Of a DNA stretch of 64,000 nucleotides, positions 1 to 9,022 are shown piece by piece. The first letter of the stretch is position 1. Each line of letters opens with the position of its first letter. The stretch comes from an uncultured bacterium (GTDB lineage: Bacteria > Actinomycetota > Acidimicrobiia > Spongiisociales > UBA5794): contig CAWDDT010000001.1 of the NCBI GenBank assembly GCA_963801165.1, positions 1,917 to 65,916 on the forward strand, read 5' to 3'. The translations under genes and the position numbers were made by a program. Under the pieces are notes generated by a model, which was given only the letters and a program-made list of their open reading frames with translations, did no database searches and had not been told where the DNA came from.

Positions 1-633
1 GACTGCCGGGAAGAAGATCGCAAACAGCACCCAGAATCCGGGCCCGCCTGCAGGTTGACCCCACTTGCCGGACAACGCGCCGGCGTGGAGGTTGGAAACC
101 GCGCCGACGTAGAACGACACAAGAGCGGCGGCCAGCAGTGCCATGACTACGAACTGGAACTTGCTTGCTGCGTCGGCACCGAGCCAGGCGAGGACGAACA
201 GCGCGAGAACCGCTCCGGCGGCGATGAGTTGAACCGGGAGGGCGCCGTCCAAATTGGCGATAGCGGCGATCGCTTCACCAAACCCGATCGCATAGAACGC
301 AATGGATACCGATTGGGCTAGGAAGAGCACTATCCCGATAGCGCCGCCGAACTCGATGCCGAGCGTCCGAGAGATCAGGTAGTAGTCCCCGCCTCCTCGC
401 ACCTCGATATTCGTTGAGATGGCGGCGAGCGAGATGCTGGTGAGGCTGGTAACGGCCGTCGCCAGTCCGATCATGAGCAGAGCGTTGCGAAGGCCGCCGT
501 TGCCTACGACATAGCCGAGGCGGAGAAAGAGAATGATGCCGAGGATTGTCAGGATCGAGGGTGTGAACACCCCCACGAAGGTCCCCAGGGTGCCATTGCT
601 CGCTTTGGGATCCACCCCGCCAACTCCGATCAT
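1..633 (-). CDS. Cation-chloride cotransporter (SLC12/CCC)-like permease of the APC superfamily, N-terminal 211 codons; the C-terminus lies beyond the window start
   Basis: Absent from the ORF track because it is truncated. Hand translation of the reverse strand from ATG (complement of 631-633) gives MIGVGGVDPKASNGTLGTFVGVFTPSILTILGIILFLRLGYVVGNGGL...VRGGGDYYLISRTLGIEFGGAIGIVLFLAQSVSIAFYAIGF, open to position 1. GTxxGVFxPxxLxILGxILFLRLGxVVG and GGxYYxISRxLG are TM1/TM3 hallmarks of CCC transporters. Confidence 0.75.
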   Translation of the reverse strand, partial: MIGVGGVDPKASNGTLGTFVGVFTPSILTILGIILFLRLGYVVGNGGLRNALLMIGLATAVTSLTSISLAAISTNIEVRGGGDYYLISRTLGIEFGGAIGIVLFLAQSVSIAFYAIGFGEAIAAIANLDGALPVQLIAAGAVLALFVLAWLGADAASKFQFVVMALLAAALVSFYVGAVSNLHAGALSGKWGQPAGGPGFWVLFAIFFPAV

Positions 634-1088
634 GCCAGCTCGAGCGAGAACGTCACCTCGCCGGGTCCCACGCCAGCGACTGGGCAGCAATGGTAGCGAG
701 AATCGTGACACGCGCCGGCTCCGTTCGGTTTACGTGCTGGTGTTACAGCGCATGGATCTACGGCCGGATGTGGTGATCGGAGCCCTGAGGGGGCCGGCGT
801 CAAGGCCGGCGAGTGGACCGCACGGCCAATCGCCGTATCATGAAGTGACGGAGGATCGTCTGTTCCGCTCGGTATCGGCCTGTCGGCGCTCGACCGGTGT
901 TTTCACAGATGTTCTTCGTCACTGAGCCGGAGGCCGATGCAGACGAACCGAGTGGTGCGGCAAGTACATCTCAACGGCGTCGAGCGCTATGGGCGGGGGT
1001 GCGCGTCGGGGCCTGCTGATGAGGAGCCAAATGATGAGTTGGAGGTGTCCCGTGACCGAGGAAAACGAATAGTTGTGGGTGGTCTCGA

Positions 1089-2132
1089 GTGAGAATCGCA
1101 TTCGTCGTCAACGATCTGGCAACCGAAGAGGCTGGTTACACAACTACACGCCTTGGTGTGGCTGCCACGAACCGCGGATGGGAGGCATGGATAATTGGCG
1201 TTGGCGATCTTGCTTACGATCCGGATGAGCACATCAAGGCAACCGCACGACGAGTGCCCAGGACCCGATACAAGACAGGAAAGGCCTATCTGGCCGATCT
1301 CCAGGGCAAGACCGCGATCGAAGAGCGGGTCACCATCGACGATCTTGACATTCTGATGCTGCGCAACGACCCGTCCACGGAAATTGGAAAACGGGAATGG
1401 GCCAGGACTGCAGCTGTGGACTTCGGTCGTGTTGCGCTGCGTCACGGTGTGATCGTTCTCAACGATCCAAATGGTCTCGGCAAGGCGCAGAACAAGATGT
1501 ATTTCCAGACCTTCCCCGAGGAAGTGCGACCGTTGACGCTGATTACCCGTAGCCGTGCCGAGCTCAGGTCATTCGTTGATGACCGCGGGACGGTTGTGCT
1601 GAAGCCGCTCCAGGGCTCGGGTGGCCAGGGTGTGTTCCTGGTACGTCGCGATGACGTTTCCAATCTGAATCAAATCATCGACGCCGTCAACCGCGACGGA
1701 TATGTTGTTGCCCAGGAGTACCTGACGCGAGCTACAGAAGGCGACACTCGGCTGTTCCTGATGAACGGGCAACCGCTGCGTCACCGCGGGCGCTACGCAG
1801 CGTTTCGGCGGGTTCGCTCGGGTGGAGACATGCGCTCGAACCTTCATGCCGGAGGCAAACTGGCCAAAGCTGTTCTCGACGATGATGCGTTCCGTCTCGC
1901 CGAAGTGGTCCGGCCCAAGCTGGTCCAGGATGGGATGTTCCTCGTTGGTCTCGACATCGTCGGCGACAAGCTCATGGAGATCAACGTATTCACCCCCGGC
2001 GGTCTCGGCTCGGCACAGAGGCTCGAGGGTGTCAACTTCACTGAGGCGGTGCTCGACGCGCTGGAGCGCAAGGTCGCCTACATGGGCTTCTATCAACGGA
2101 AGTTCGACAATCGGGAGATGGCAACACTGTGA
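1089..2132 (+). CDS. ATP-grasp ligase, glutathione synthetase / RimK-like
   Basis: 347-aa ORF with a GTG start. It has KPLQGSGGQGVFLV (Gly-rich ATP-grasp loop) and LVGLDIVGDKLMEINVFTPGG (metal/ATP E-x-N motif), and the overall layout of prokaryotic GshB-type ligases. The stop overlaps the next start (GTGA). Confidence 0.8.
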   Translation: MRIAFVVNDLATEEAGYTTTRLGVAATNRGWEAWIIGVGDLAYDPDEHIKATARRVPRTRYKTGKAYLADLQGKTAIEERVTIDDLDILMLRNDPSTEIGKREWARTAAVDFGRVALRHGVIVLNDPNGLGKAQNKMYFQTFPEEVRPLTLITRSRAELRSFVDDRGTVVLKPLQGSGGQGVFLVRRDDVSNLNQIIDAVNRDGYVVAQEYLTRATEGDTRLFLMNGQPLRHRGRYAAFRRVRSGGDMRSNLHAGGKLAKAVLDDDAFRLAEVVRPKLVQDGMFLVGLDIVGDKLMEINVFTPGGLGSAQRLEGVNFTEAVLDALERKVAYMGFYQRKFDNREMATL

Positions 2133-2920
2133 CGGGGCACAAGTGGCAGATCAATCGCGGCGAGGGCCGGGTGGTTGCAGCCGCAATTCACGCTGGGCAC
2201 AGTCTTCGGCCGGAGATCGAGGGACGGACCGCGCTCGACGACGCAACCAGATTGCGTGAAGAAGATCCCTTCACGGATCAATGGCTCTCGATAGCGGGAA
2301 CGACAGTCGCCGTGTCCATGTCGAGGTTTGAGATCGACTTGAATCGGCCTCGGGAGTCGGCGGTCTACATGAAGAACAGCGATGCATGGGACCTCCAGCT
2401 CTGGACAGAGGTGCCACCGCCTGACCTGGTCGAGCGTTTGCTCCAGGACTATGACCTCTTCTATAAGGAATTGGCCGAGACGTGCGATGAGGTTGCGGCA
2501 CGTCATGATCGGTTCGTGGTCCTCGACCTGCACTCGTACAACCATCGCCGGCTGGGGCCAGATGCACCCGTAGACTCACCCGCCGACAATCCGGAAATCA
2601 ACGTCGGCACCGGTTCGGTTGACCGCGCTGTCTGGGGGGATGTCGTCGATTCATTTTGCCAGGCGCTCGCTTCGTATCCTTTTGACGGAGGCCACCTCGA
2701 CGTGCGCGAGAACGTCCGATTCAGAGGCGGGCACATGAGTCGTTGGATCAACGAGCGCTACGCCGGCCGGGGTTGTTGCCTGGCGATCGAGGTCAAGAAG
2801 ATCTACATGGACGAATGGACCGGCCAACCCCAGGAGGCCGTGATCGTGAATATCGGCGATGCCCTGATCGCAGCGACGGAGGCGGTTGTCGAATCGCTTA
2901 GTCAAGCGGCTAGTCAGTGA
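2129..2920 (+). CDS. N-formylglutamate amidohydrolase (FGase) family hydrolase
   Basis: 263-aa ORF translationally coupled to the ATP-grasp gene. AAIHAGHSLRPE, FEIDLNRPRE, VVLDLHSYN and INVGTGS segments resemble the FGase family (PF05013) pattern. Recognised by eye only. Confidence 0.7.
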   Translation: MTGHKWQINRGEGRVVAAAIHAGHSLRPEIEGRTALDDATRLREEDPFTDQWLSIAGTTVAVSMSRFEIDLNRPRESAVYMKNSDAWDLQLWTEVPPPDLVERLLQDYDLFYKELAETCDEVAARHDRFVVLDLHSYNHRRLGPDAPVDSPADNPEINVGTGSVDRAVWGDVVDSFCQALASYPFDGGHLDVRENVRFRGGHMSRWINERYAGRGCCLAIEVKKIYMDEWTGQPQEAVIVNIGDALIAATEAVVESLSQAASQ

Positions 2921-4805
2921 GCGACCTCAGGTCGCTCAGACCCTTCAGGCGCTCGAGTCGATAGTGCGTATCAGGATCATCGAGATAAGCCGGACGTAGC
3001 GGCGGCGTGGTCAAGACACCACGCCGCTGGAGCTCCTCTATAACGGCAACGTGGTTCACCGCGATCTTGCCGACGAGGAGAGTGTCCAGGCGACCACCCT
3101 CGGCAAGGTAGGTGACCACGCGCTGCAGACCGCGGAGATAGATGGCATCCTTGACGAGCCCCCCGCCGCGATGGACTCGCGTTGCGATCTGGAAGGCCGC
3201 TGTTTGCGAGAACCCGTAGTCATCTACGAGCAGCCGGTAGGTGTCGATGAACTCCGCCCCGCTCACCACCGAGTGCGCAGCCACCACCCGGGCGGCGATG
3301 ACTCGCAGGCGCGCCGGGGTTAGGCCGGCGACCAGGTACTCGGCGAGAACCGCGAGTCCTTCTTGGAGTTCATCGTGGCCGGCAAGGCCGGTGGCCAGCA
3401 ATCGGAGACGCTGTGCCGCGCCGTTCCAGTAGGTGACGATATGGGTGCCTACCTCGTGCTGGATGAGGGCTTCGACGCGTCTTATCGGAATTCTCATCCC
3501 CGAGGCCACGAGCAGGCGTCCGTTCGAGACCATCAACGAGGTGATGTCGTCGCGCAGTTCCACTGTTGCCCCGATTGTGGGATCGACCGTCCGGTATCGA
3601 TCGACCTCTAGCTGCGCCGCCGCCGCAAAAGACTTCGCATCCATGACCCGGCGGGCACCTTCGCCCTTTGCCCTCGGCAGCGTGTCTAGCAGGAGGGTGG
3701 CCTCAGCAAGCATGGCTGGATCGATGTCGCCGTACAGTGCGGCGCCGGTGTGCACAAACCGCGGGGTTTGGCGATCGCTCAGCAAATCCAATTCGAGGGA
3801 GAGCTCGCGTTGCTTCTCCCGGAAGATTGCCGCGAGCGTGAGATCCTCGACCCGGTCAATTGGGGCGCTATAAAGCGCTCGCTTCAGATCGACCGGGTCC
3901 ACATCGAGGGGCCGGTAGCGGAACAACGGTGGTGATGACGCCTTCCGCCTCACAAACGATCGGAAGGCCCCGGTGGCGTTCACAGGTGTCACGAGCAGCA
4001 GTAGGTCGAACGCAGAAGCAACCCGGGCGAGCTGACGATCTACGTCTGTGACCGCCTTGACGAGGGCGCGGCGCCCTAACGACTGATAATGACGGGGTCG
4101 GTGCGTCGTCTGATGGACTGCAAACTCGTAGGCCGATCGCTGTATTGCCCTCGACAGTTGGCGGTGCAGCGATCGAGCGATGACCGGGAAGATATCTCCC
4201 GTGTCTCGGTTGCGAAATACCGGCCGGACCTCAACGCCGATCTGGTGGACTGATGAAGTAGCCCTCCCCAGCGATTGCGAAAGCCGGGGGAGACCGGGAG
4301 GCGACATGCGGCCGCCGGCAACGACATCGACTTCGCCGGATCGGCCGTGGATACGTGTTCCGCCGAGACTCGATACCAGACGCGCAACGCTCTCGGATTC
4401 TGCATCACGGCGCGCCACGACAACGCGAAACTGTGGGCGCCGCGCCTCGCCGGCGTCGGAAAGGCCGCCGTCCTCGTCTGGTCCGCTCCACAACTCCATC
4501 AGAAGGAACGAACCGAACTCGGCGACCAATTTGGCGGATACCGCTTCCGCCAAAGCCGCAACCTTGCGCTGGTGTTTGCGGTGTCTTGGGGCAATCAGGT
4601 AGGAGGCCTCGCCCTTGACGAAGCTGGCCATCCCCGGATCTGGTCGGCCGGGAGGGGGCCTATAGACCACAAGAAAGGGCAACTGTCTGTCGATGTGAAT
4701 GCGACCACCATCCGGGAGCGTTCGGCGCACCGGTTTGTTCGCGGCGACTCGGAGCCCGACCTGGGCGATGAGATTATCGGTGATGGAGGTAGGGGGCCGC
4801 GGCAA
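2910..4805 (-). CDS. DUF1704 / MATCAP-like metallocarboxypeptidase-family protein (QEGLA-motif protein)
   Basis: 631-aa ORF with a TTG start preceded by GGAG. It contains HEVGTH (HExxxH, ~3441-3458) followed by DELQEGLAVLAEY (QEGLA, 3351-3365) and the N-terminal IHIDRQLPFLVVYR segment typical of this family. Its 3' end overlaps the convergent FGase gene by 11 nt. Confidence 0.85.
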   Translation of the reverse strand: MPRPPTSITDNLIAQVGLRVAANKPVRRTLPDGGRIHIDRQLPFLVVYRPPPGRPDPGMASFVKGEASYLIAPRHRKHQRKVAALAEAVSAKLVAEFGSFLLMELWSGPDEDGGLSDAGEARRPQFRVVVARRDAESESVARLVSSLGGTRIHGRSGEVDVVAGGRMSPPGLPRLSQSLGRATSSVHQIGVEVRPVFRNRDTGDIFPVIARSLHRQLSRAIQRSAYEFAVHQTTHRPRHYQSLGRRALVKAVTDVDRQLARVASAFDLLLLVTPVNATGAFRSFVRRKASSPPLFRYRPLDVDPVDLKRALYSAPIDRVEDLTLAAIFREKQRELSLELDLLSDRQTPRFVHTGAALYGDIDPAMLAEATLLLDTLPRAKGEGARRVMDAKSFAAAAQLEVDRYRTVDPTIGATVELRDDITSLMVSNGRLLVASGMRIPIRRVEALIQHEVGTHIVTYWNGAAQRLRLLATGLAGHDELQEGLAVLAEYLVAGLTPARLRVIAARVVAAHSVVSGAEFIDTYRLLVDDYGFSQTAAFQIATRVHRGGGLVKDAIYLRGLQRVVTYLAEGGRLDTLLVGKIAVNHVAVIEELQRRGVLTTPPLRPAYLDDPDTHYRLERLKGLSDLRSLTD

Positions 4806-4992
4806 GTCTTCTCCGGAGCGACTGCGGCATGATGTTACTGGTCTCCCATCAGATGCCGGGTTCCGCAGTCAGCGCGATTTCCCCCAGCACCGGGCCGTGC
4901 GAGCAGCCGGGACGAAGGCCTGCGCCGAGCGACGATACGCAGGTCCGCGAATGTGCGCCTAGCACCCTGCTCGCCATGAGATCCTGCCCTGT

Positions 4993-6630
4993 CTACGAAG
5001 TTTCCTTTCCGGGGCGGGGCGCCCTGTCCGGTGGGTCCTCCTCGATAGGGATGACAGTCGCAGCGTCCACGGGCAACTTGCCCCGTAGCGTCGTGCCGTG
5101 TCCCGGTGTGCTCTCGATCGTGAGCTTGCCCCCGTGTGCCCCGAGACGGTCTCGCATATTGACGAAGCCATGGCTCTCGTCGACCAGGCCGGGATCGAAA
5201 CCGGCTCCGTCGTCGCTGATCTCGAAGACCAGGTAATCCGCGGCCTCAGCCACCCGCACAATGACCTCGGCGCCCGGTCCGGCGTGTTTGGCGGCATTCT
5301 GCATGGCCTCGAGACAGCAGAAGTAAACCGCAGCTTCGATGCCGCGGTCGAAGCGACGATCGGTCTGGATGTCCGCCCTGGTGGGCATCGTGGACCGGTC
5401 GGCTGCCCGTCGCAGTGCCTCGCCGAGCCCCATGTCCCGGAGTAACGGTGGATAGATGCCATGCGCCAGTTCCCGCATCTCCTCGACCGTTTCCTCAACC
5501 TCGTTGCCCAGATCGTCGAGGAGCCGTCCGAGTGTGTCCGGATCACCGGTCTTCAGCTTGGCGAGTTGGAGCTTGACTGCGAGTGCGACCAGCCGTTGTT
5601 GGGCACCGTCGTGCAGGTCACGTTCGATCTTCCGCCGGGACTCGTCGGCCGCCGTGACGATCCTGGCCCTCGATTCCTGAAGTAACCGGTTCTTGGTCCG
5701 CAGCTCCTCCAGCGACTCCTGCAGCGCCGAGTCGAGGTGGACGTTGTGGAGTGCCAGGCCGACCTGACGGGCGAGGTCGGCGAGAAGGCTGTCGTCGTCG
5801 ATTGCGAAGACTCCCGCGTTGTCTTGCCTGGCGACGACGATGAGCCCGAGCAGGTTGCCCAGGTGGGTGATGGGTGCCACCCGCATGTGGATGTCGTCAG
5901 GTGATCCGAATGCTTCCAGCAGCGTGGGTAGCCACATCGACGCCCACGATGTCCCTGAGACCCTTGCTCCGGCGACCGCGGCGAACTCCGCACCGGCGAG
6001 CGTGATCCGTCCCGGACCATGATCCGGGACCGAGGTAGCGCGGTCGAGCCTTCCATCTTCCCCGGTCCAAACCTCTGCACCGAGCGGCGCCATCGTTTCT
6101 CTGAGCGTCTCGGCGAGCTGGAGAAGCAGTTCGTCCATAGGTACCGACCGGGTCATCCGCGCCCCGAAGTTCTGAAGAGCTGCGGCCGCCGACGGTCGCA
6201 CCGGCCCTGCGGCGGAGCGAGTGGCGCTACGCAACCGGGTGCGGACCGGGCCGGCGAGCGCTAAGGCAGCGCCACCGGCGACCATCGACAGCCCGAGCAC
6301 CCGATGCTCTGAGCCGTTGACGTCTTCGCCGAGCCCAACGACGACCACGAGGTACACGGCGAGCACCATTCCCACTAGGCCGCCGATCGTGACTGTGGCA
6401 CGCAGCACCGGCGCTGCCGCCCTCCGCAGCGGCCGTACCCACACGGCGAGAGCGGGGATCGCGATGGCGAAGGAACCGACCGCCCACCAGGAGCCCAGCC
6501 GGTGTGGCGCGTCGACGAGGACATGGAGCGCCCACAGGCTGAACGCCGTAACCACGGCGACGACGATTGCCCACAGCGTCCACAACACCAGGTCGCGTTG
6601 CGGCGTGTTGACGGTGGCGGGTGCAGTCAT
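4993..6630 (-). CDS. Membrane sensor histidine kinase, TM - GAF - HisKA_3 - HATPase_c (NarL-partner type)
   Basis: 545 aa with an N-terminal hydrophobic region of about 4 TM segments and a GAF-like middle. The H-box is ERDLHDGAQQRLVAL, followed by N/G boxes (CCLEAMQNAAKHAG, ISDDGAGF, HGGKLTIESTPGHGT). Confidence 0.85.
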   Translation of the reverse strand: MTAPATVNTPQRDLVLWTLWAIVVAVVTAFSLWALHVLVDAPHRLGSWWAVGSFAIAIPALAVWVRPLRRAAAPVLRATVTIGGLVGMVLAVYLVVVVGLGEDVNGSEHRVLGLSMVAGGAALALAGPVRTRLRSATRSAAGPVRPSAAAALQNFGARMTRSVPMDELLLQLAETLRETMAPLGAEVWTGEDGRLDRATSVPDHGPGRITLAGAEFAAVAGARVSGTSWASMWLPTLLEAFGSPDDIHMRVAPITHLGNLLGLIVVARQDNAGVFAIDDDSLLADLARQVGLALHNVHLDSALQESLEELRTKNRLLQESRARIVTAADESRRKIERDLHDGAQQRLVALAVKLQLAKLKTGDPDTLGRLLDDLGNEVEETVEEMRELAHGIYPPLLRDMGLGEALRRAADRSTMPTRADIQTDRRFDRGIEAAVYFCCLEAMQNAAKHAGPGAEVIVRVAEAADYLVFEISDDGAGFDPGLVDESHGFVNMRDRLGAHGGKLTIESTPGHGTTLRGKLPVDAATVIPIEEDPPDRAPRPGKETS

Positions 6631-6637
6631 CGGTCAC

Positions 6638-9022
6638 TCATTCGGCCCGGAGCACCTGTGCCAATTGGAGGTGGGCGGCCCGCCGGGACGGAGTGACCGC
6701 AAGCAGGTTGACCGCAACGAGTACCAGAGGCACGACCACTGCCAACAGGAGCAGCTCACCGGGGGCGAGATACAGAAGCGGGGTTCGCTCGGCCACATAC
6801 CTCCAGAAAATACGTCCGAGGGCGACGCCGAGGGGAATCCCGGCAATGAGGCCGACAAGGCCGACGATTGTCGCCTGGGTGGTCACGATGAGCCGTGACT
6901 GGCGTCGGTCCATTCCGACCGCCCGCAGCACGGCAAGGTCATGGCTGCGACGCCGGACCGCGGTGGTCAATGCGTGCCCGACCGCACCGAGGGCGAGCAC
7001 GACAAGGAACGCCGCCAGGAAGATCGGCATCGCCCGCACCTCACGCAGTTCTGCGACCTGTGTCGGGATCTGCGGTGTGTCGAGTGGGAGCCCGAGGCCG
7101 GCGATCCGTTCACTTGCGGCCGCAAAGTCTGCACCGTCACGCAGGTCGACGAGCACGAAATGGAACTTGTGCCCGTCAAAAAGTGTGTGATAGGCGTCGG
7201 CGGTTACCCACCCGCCTGAGTCGTAGTCATTGTGCGGTCCGGCGGGGACGAAAGCGATTCCAGAGACCGTTAGCTCACGAGTTCCCAGCGTGCCCGTGAA
7301 TAGAGCGGTATCGCCGACGTCGATTCCGGCGGCTTTGGCAGTGGTCGGAGCCAGCGCGACCTCGTTCTTCCCGGTTGGGGAGTGGCCCCGGGTGAAGACG
7401 AGATCGATTGGCTGATTCACGGGGTCGATGGCGAACAACGATGCCGCGACGTCGTTGACCTGGGCCACATCCATCGGTGTGTCGTTTACGGCCACTACAT
7501 CGGGGTCGGCTTCGACCGCAGGCAGGATCGTCTGAGCATCGGCGAAATCGAAGCCGTTGTATCCGACAAAGCCACCGGCCTCGTAGGTGATCCCGAACCT
7601 CTGCAGATTGTCGACGGCGTCATTGATCCCGTTCGCCAATGTGAATGCGGCGAGCACTCCGAGAACTCCGATTGTGGCACCAAACAGGGCGGGCCTCACC
7701 GGGATCGTGTGACGGCCTCGGCCGGGCTCGAGTGCGAAGCGGGCTCCGACGACAACGGGCACCGGCATGCCCACACGACCGGCTCCGGCCGCGACTGCCG
7801 ACCGGCGTGGGGCAGGCGCGGTGATGAGCCGTCGCATTGTGCCGAAGGCGAGGGCCGCGCCGCCGCCGGTTGTAAGCACCATGGTCGCGACGAAGCCGAC
7901 GCCTACAGCAACGACGTCCGCGTTCCCACCGGGCGCGGGTTCCAGGTACGCGGCGGTCCCAATGGGGAACCACCGCGAGGCGACTACCGCAGCGACCGCG
8001 CCCACAGCCCACCCGGCGAACGCGGCGAAGGTTGGGCCAAGGACAACGGCCGTGCGGGTTTCCCCGGGTGTCATGCCCACCGCACGCAGCGGCTCGAGGT
8101 CGCCGAGTGTCGAGCTGACATGGCGTACCACCGCCTGGCCGACGATGAACAGGGCGGCAACCGCTGCGGCGAGGGCAAAGACACTGAGGCTGCCGGCCTC
8201 GAACCCGGCGACGCTCCGACTGTGATTCTCCCCCTCGCTGAGATCCCACACGTCGATGTCGGAGCGACCAGTTATTCTGGCAAGGTCGGCTTTGAATCGA
8301 GGGATGTCGGCTGCGCCGCCCTCGAGGCGGATCAACGCGTTTACATAGCCGGTGTCGCCTTCGGCTCCGAGGAAGTTGTCCTCGTGTGCGGAGAACAGCC
8401 CGGGGGACGGGATGACCGCACCGGCATCCTCACCTACTTTGTCCGCGAACCAGTACGAGCGGATCGCGCCGACGATGGTGGCCGGGATGGTCGGGCCTTC
8501 TGGTTCTCCGGTGTCGCCGGTCAGCGAGACATCGATCTGCTCGGGAGTGTACAGATGCAGTGTCACGGAGTCTCCGACCTGCATACCGAAATAGGCGAGG
8601 AACTGAGGGGTCACGACAACCTCATCGTCACGACTCGAATCGGGGAGTCGCCCCTCGAGCACGACCGGCCGCTCGATGGTGTCGAATGCCTCGTCGTCTG
8701 TCGACGGGAACCAGGTGCCGATCGTAACCGGCGAAGAGATGCCGTCGATCTCGTAGTAGGTGACCGCAAAGCCGGTGAGGGCGGTCACCTCGGGAAGCGC
8801 GCGGACGGCATCCCAGTCGAAGTCGGGCTCGTTGGGGAGTGCCACCACGTCGGCGGGCAGGGTGCGAGCCAGCAACCGGTCGAGGGCGGTATCGCCCCGC
8901 CGGGCTCCGGCCAGGGCGGTCATGACCGTCCCGGACGCAAACGCCACGAGGAGCGCCAGCACCAGCAGCGACCGCCAACGGTGCCGCAGATCGAGGCGGA
9001 ACCATGTCCATACCGCCGTCAT
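6638..9022 (-). CDS. ABC transporter permease with two FtsX-like domains (MacB/YbbP type)
   Basis: 794 aa. Two blocks of about 4 TM helices are separated by large extracytoplasmic regions. Repeated motifs RAVGMTPGETR and LRAVGMDRRQ are typical of FtsX domains. The ATG overlaps the upstream ATPase stop (ATGA). Confidence 0.85.
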   Translation of the reverse strand: MTAVWTWFRLDLRHRWRSLLVLALLVAFASGTVMTALAGARRGDTALDRLLARTLPADVVALPNEPDFDWDAVRALPEVTALTGFAVTYYEIDGISSPVTIGTWFPSTDDEAFDTIERPVVLEGRLPDSSRDDEVVVTPQFLAYFGMQVGDSVTLHLYTPEQIDVSLTGDTGEPEGPTIPATIVGAIRSYWFADKVGEDAGAVIPSPGLFSAHEDNFLGAEGDTGYVNALIRLEGGAADIPRFKADLARITGRSDIDVWDLSEGENHSRSVAGFEAGSLSVFALAAAVAALFIVGQAVVRHVSSTLGDLEPLRAVGMTPGETRTAVVLGPTFAAFAGWAVGAVAAVVASRWFPIGTAAYLEPAPGGNADVVAVGVGFVATMVLTTGGGAALAFGTMRRLITAPAPRRSAVAAGAGRVGMPVPVVVGARFALEPGRGRHTIPVRPALFGATIGVLGVLAAFTLANGINDAVDNLQRFGITYEAGGFVGYNGFDFADAQTILPAVEADPDVVAVNDTPMDVAQVNDVAASLFAIDPVNQPIDLVFTRGHSPTGKNEVALAPTTAKAAGIDVGDTALFTGTLGTRELTVSGIAFVPAGPHNDYDSGGWVTADAYHTLFDGHKFHFVLVDLRDGADFAAASERIAGLGLPLDTPQIPTQVAELREVRAMPIFLAAFLVVLALGAVGHALTTAVRRRSHDLAVLRAVGMDRRQSRLIVTTQATIVGLVGLIAGIPLGVALGRIFWRYVAERTPLLYLAPGELLLLAVVVPLVLVAVNLLAVTPSRRAAHLQLAQVLRAE

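Noticed and set aside
533-1101. Track ORFs 533-925 (plus, 130 aa) and 919-1101 (minus, 60 aa) in the large intergenic region
   Set aside because: The first overlaps the true permease start region and is Arg/Pro-rich. The second has no RBS or motif. Neither looks coding.
2910-2920. 3'-end overlaps of convergent genes (2910-2920, 49196-49212, 58445-58455) as deliberate antisense regulation
   Set aside because: Overlaps of 11-17 nt at convergent stops are common in compact GC-rich genomes. There is no additional structure or conservation evidence.
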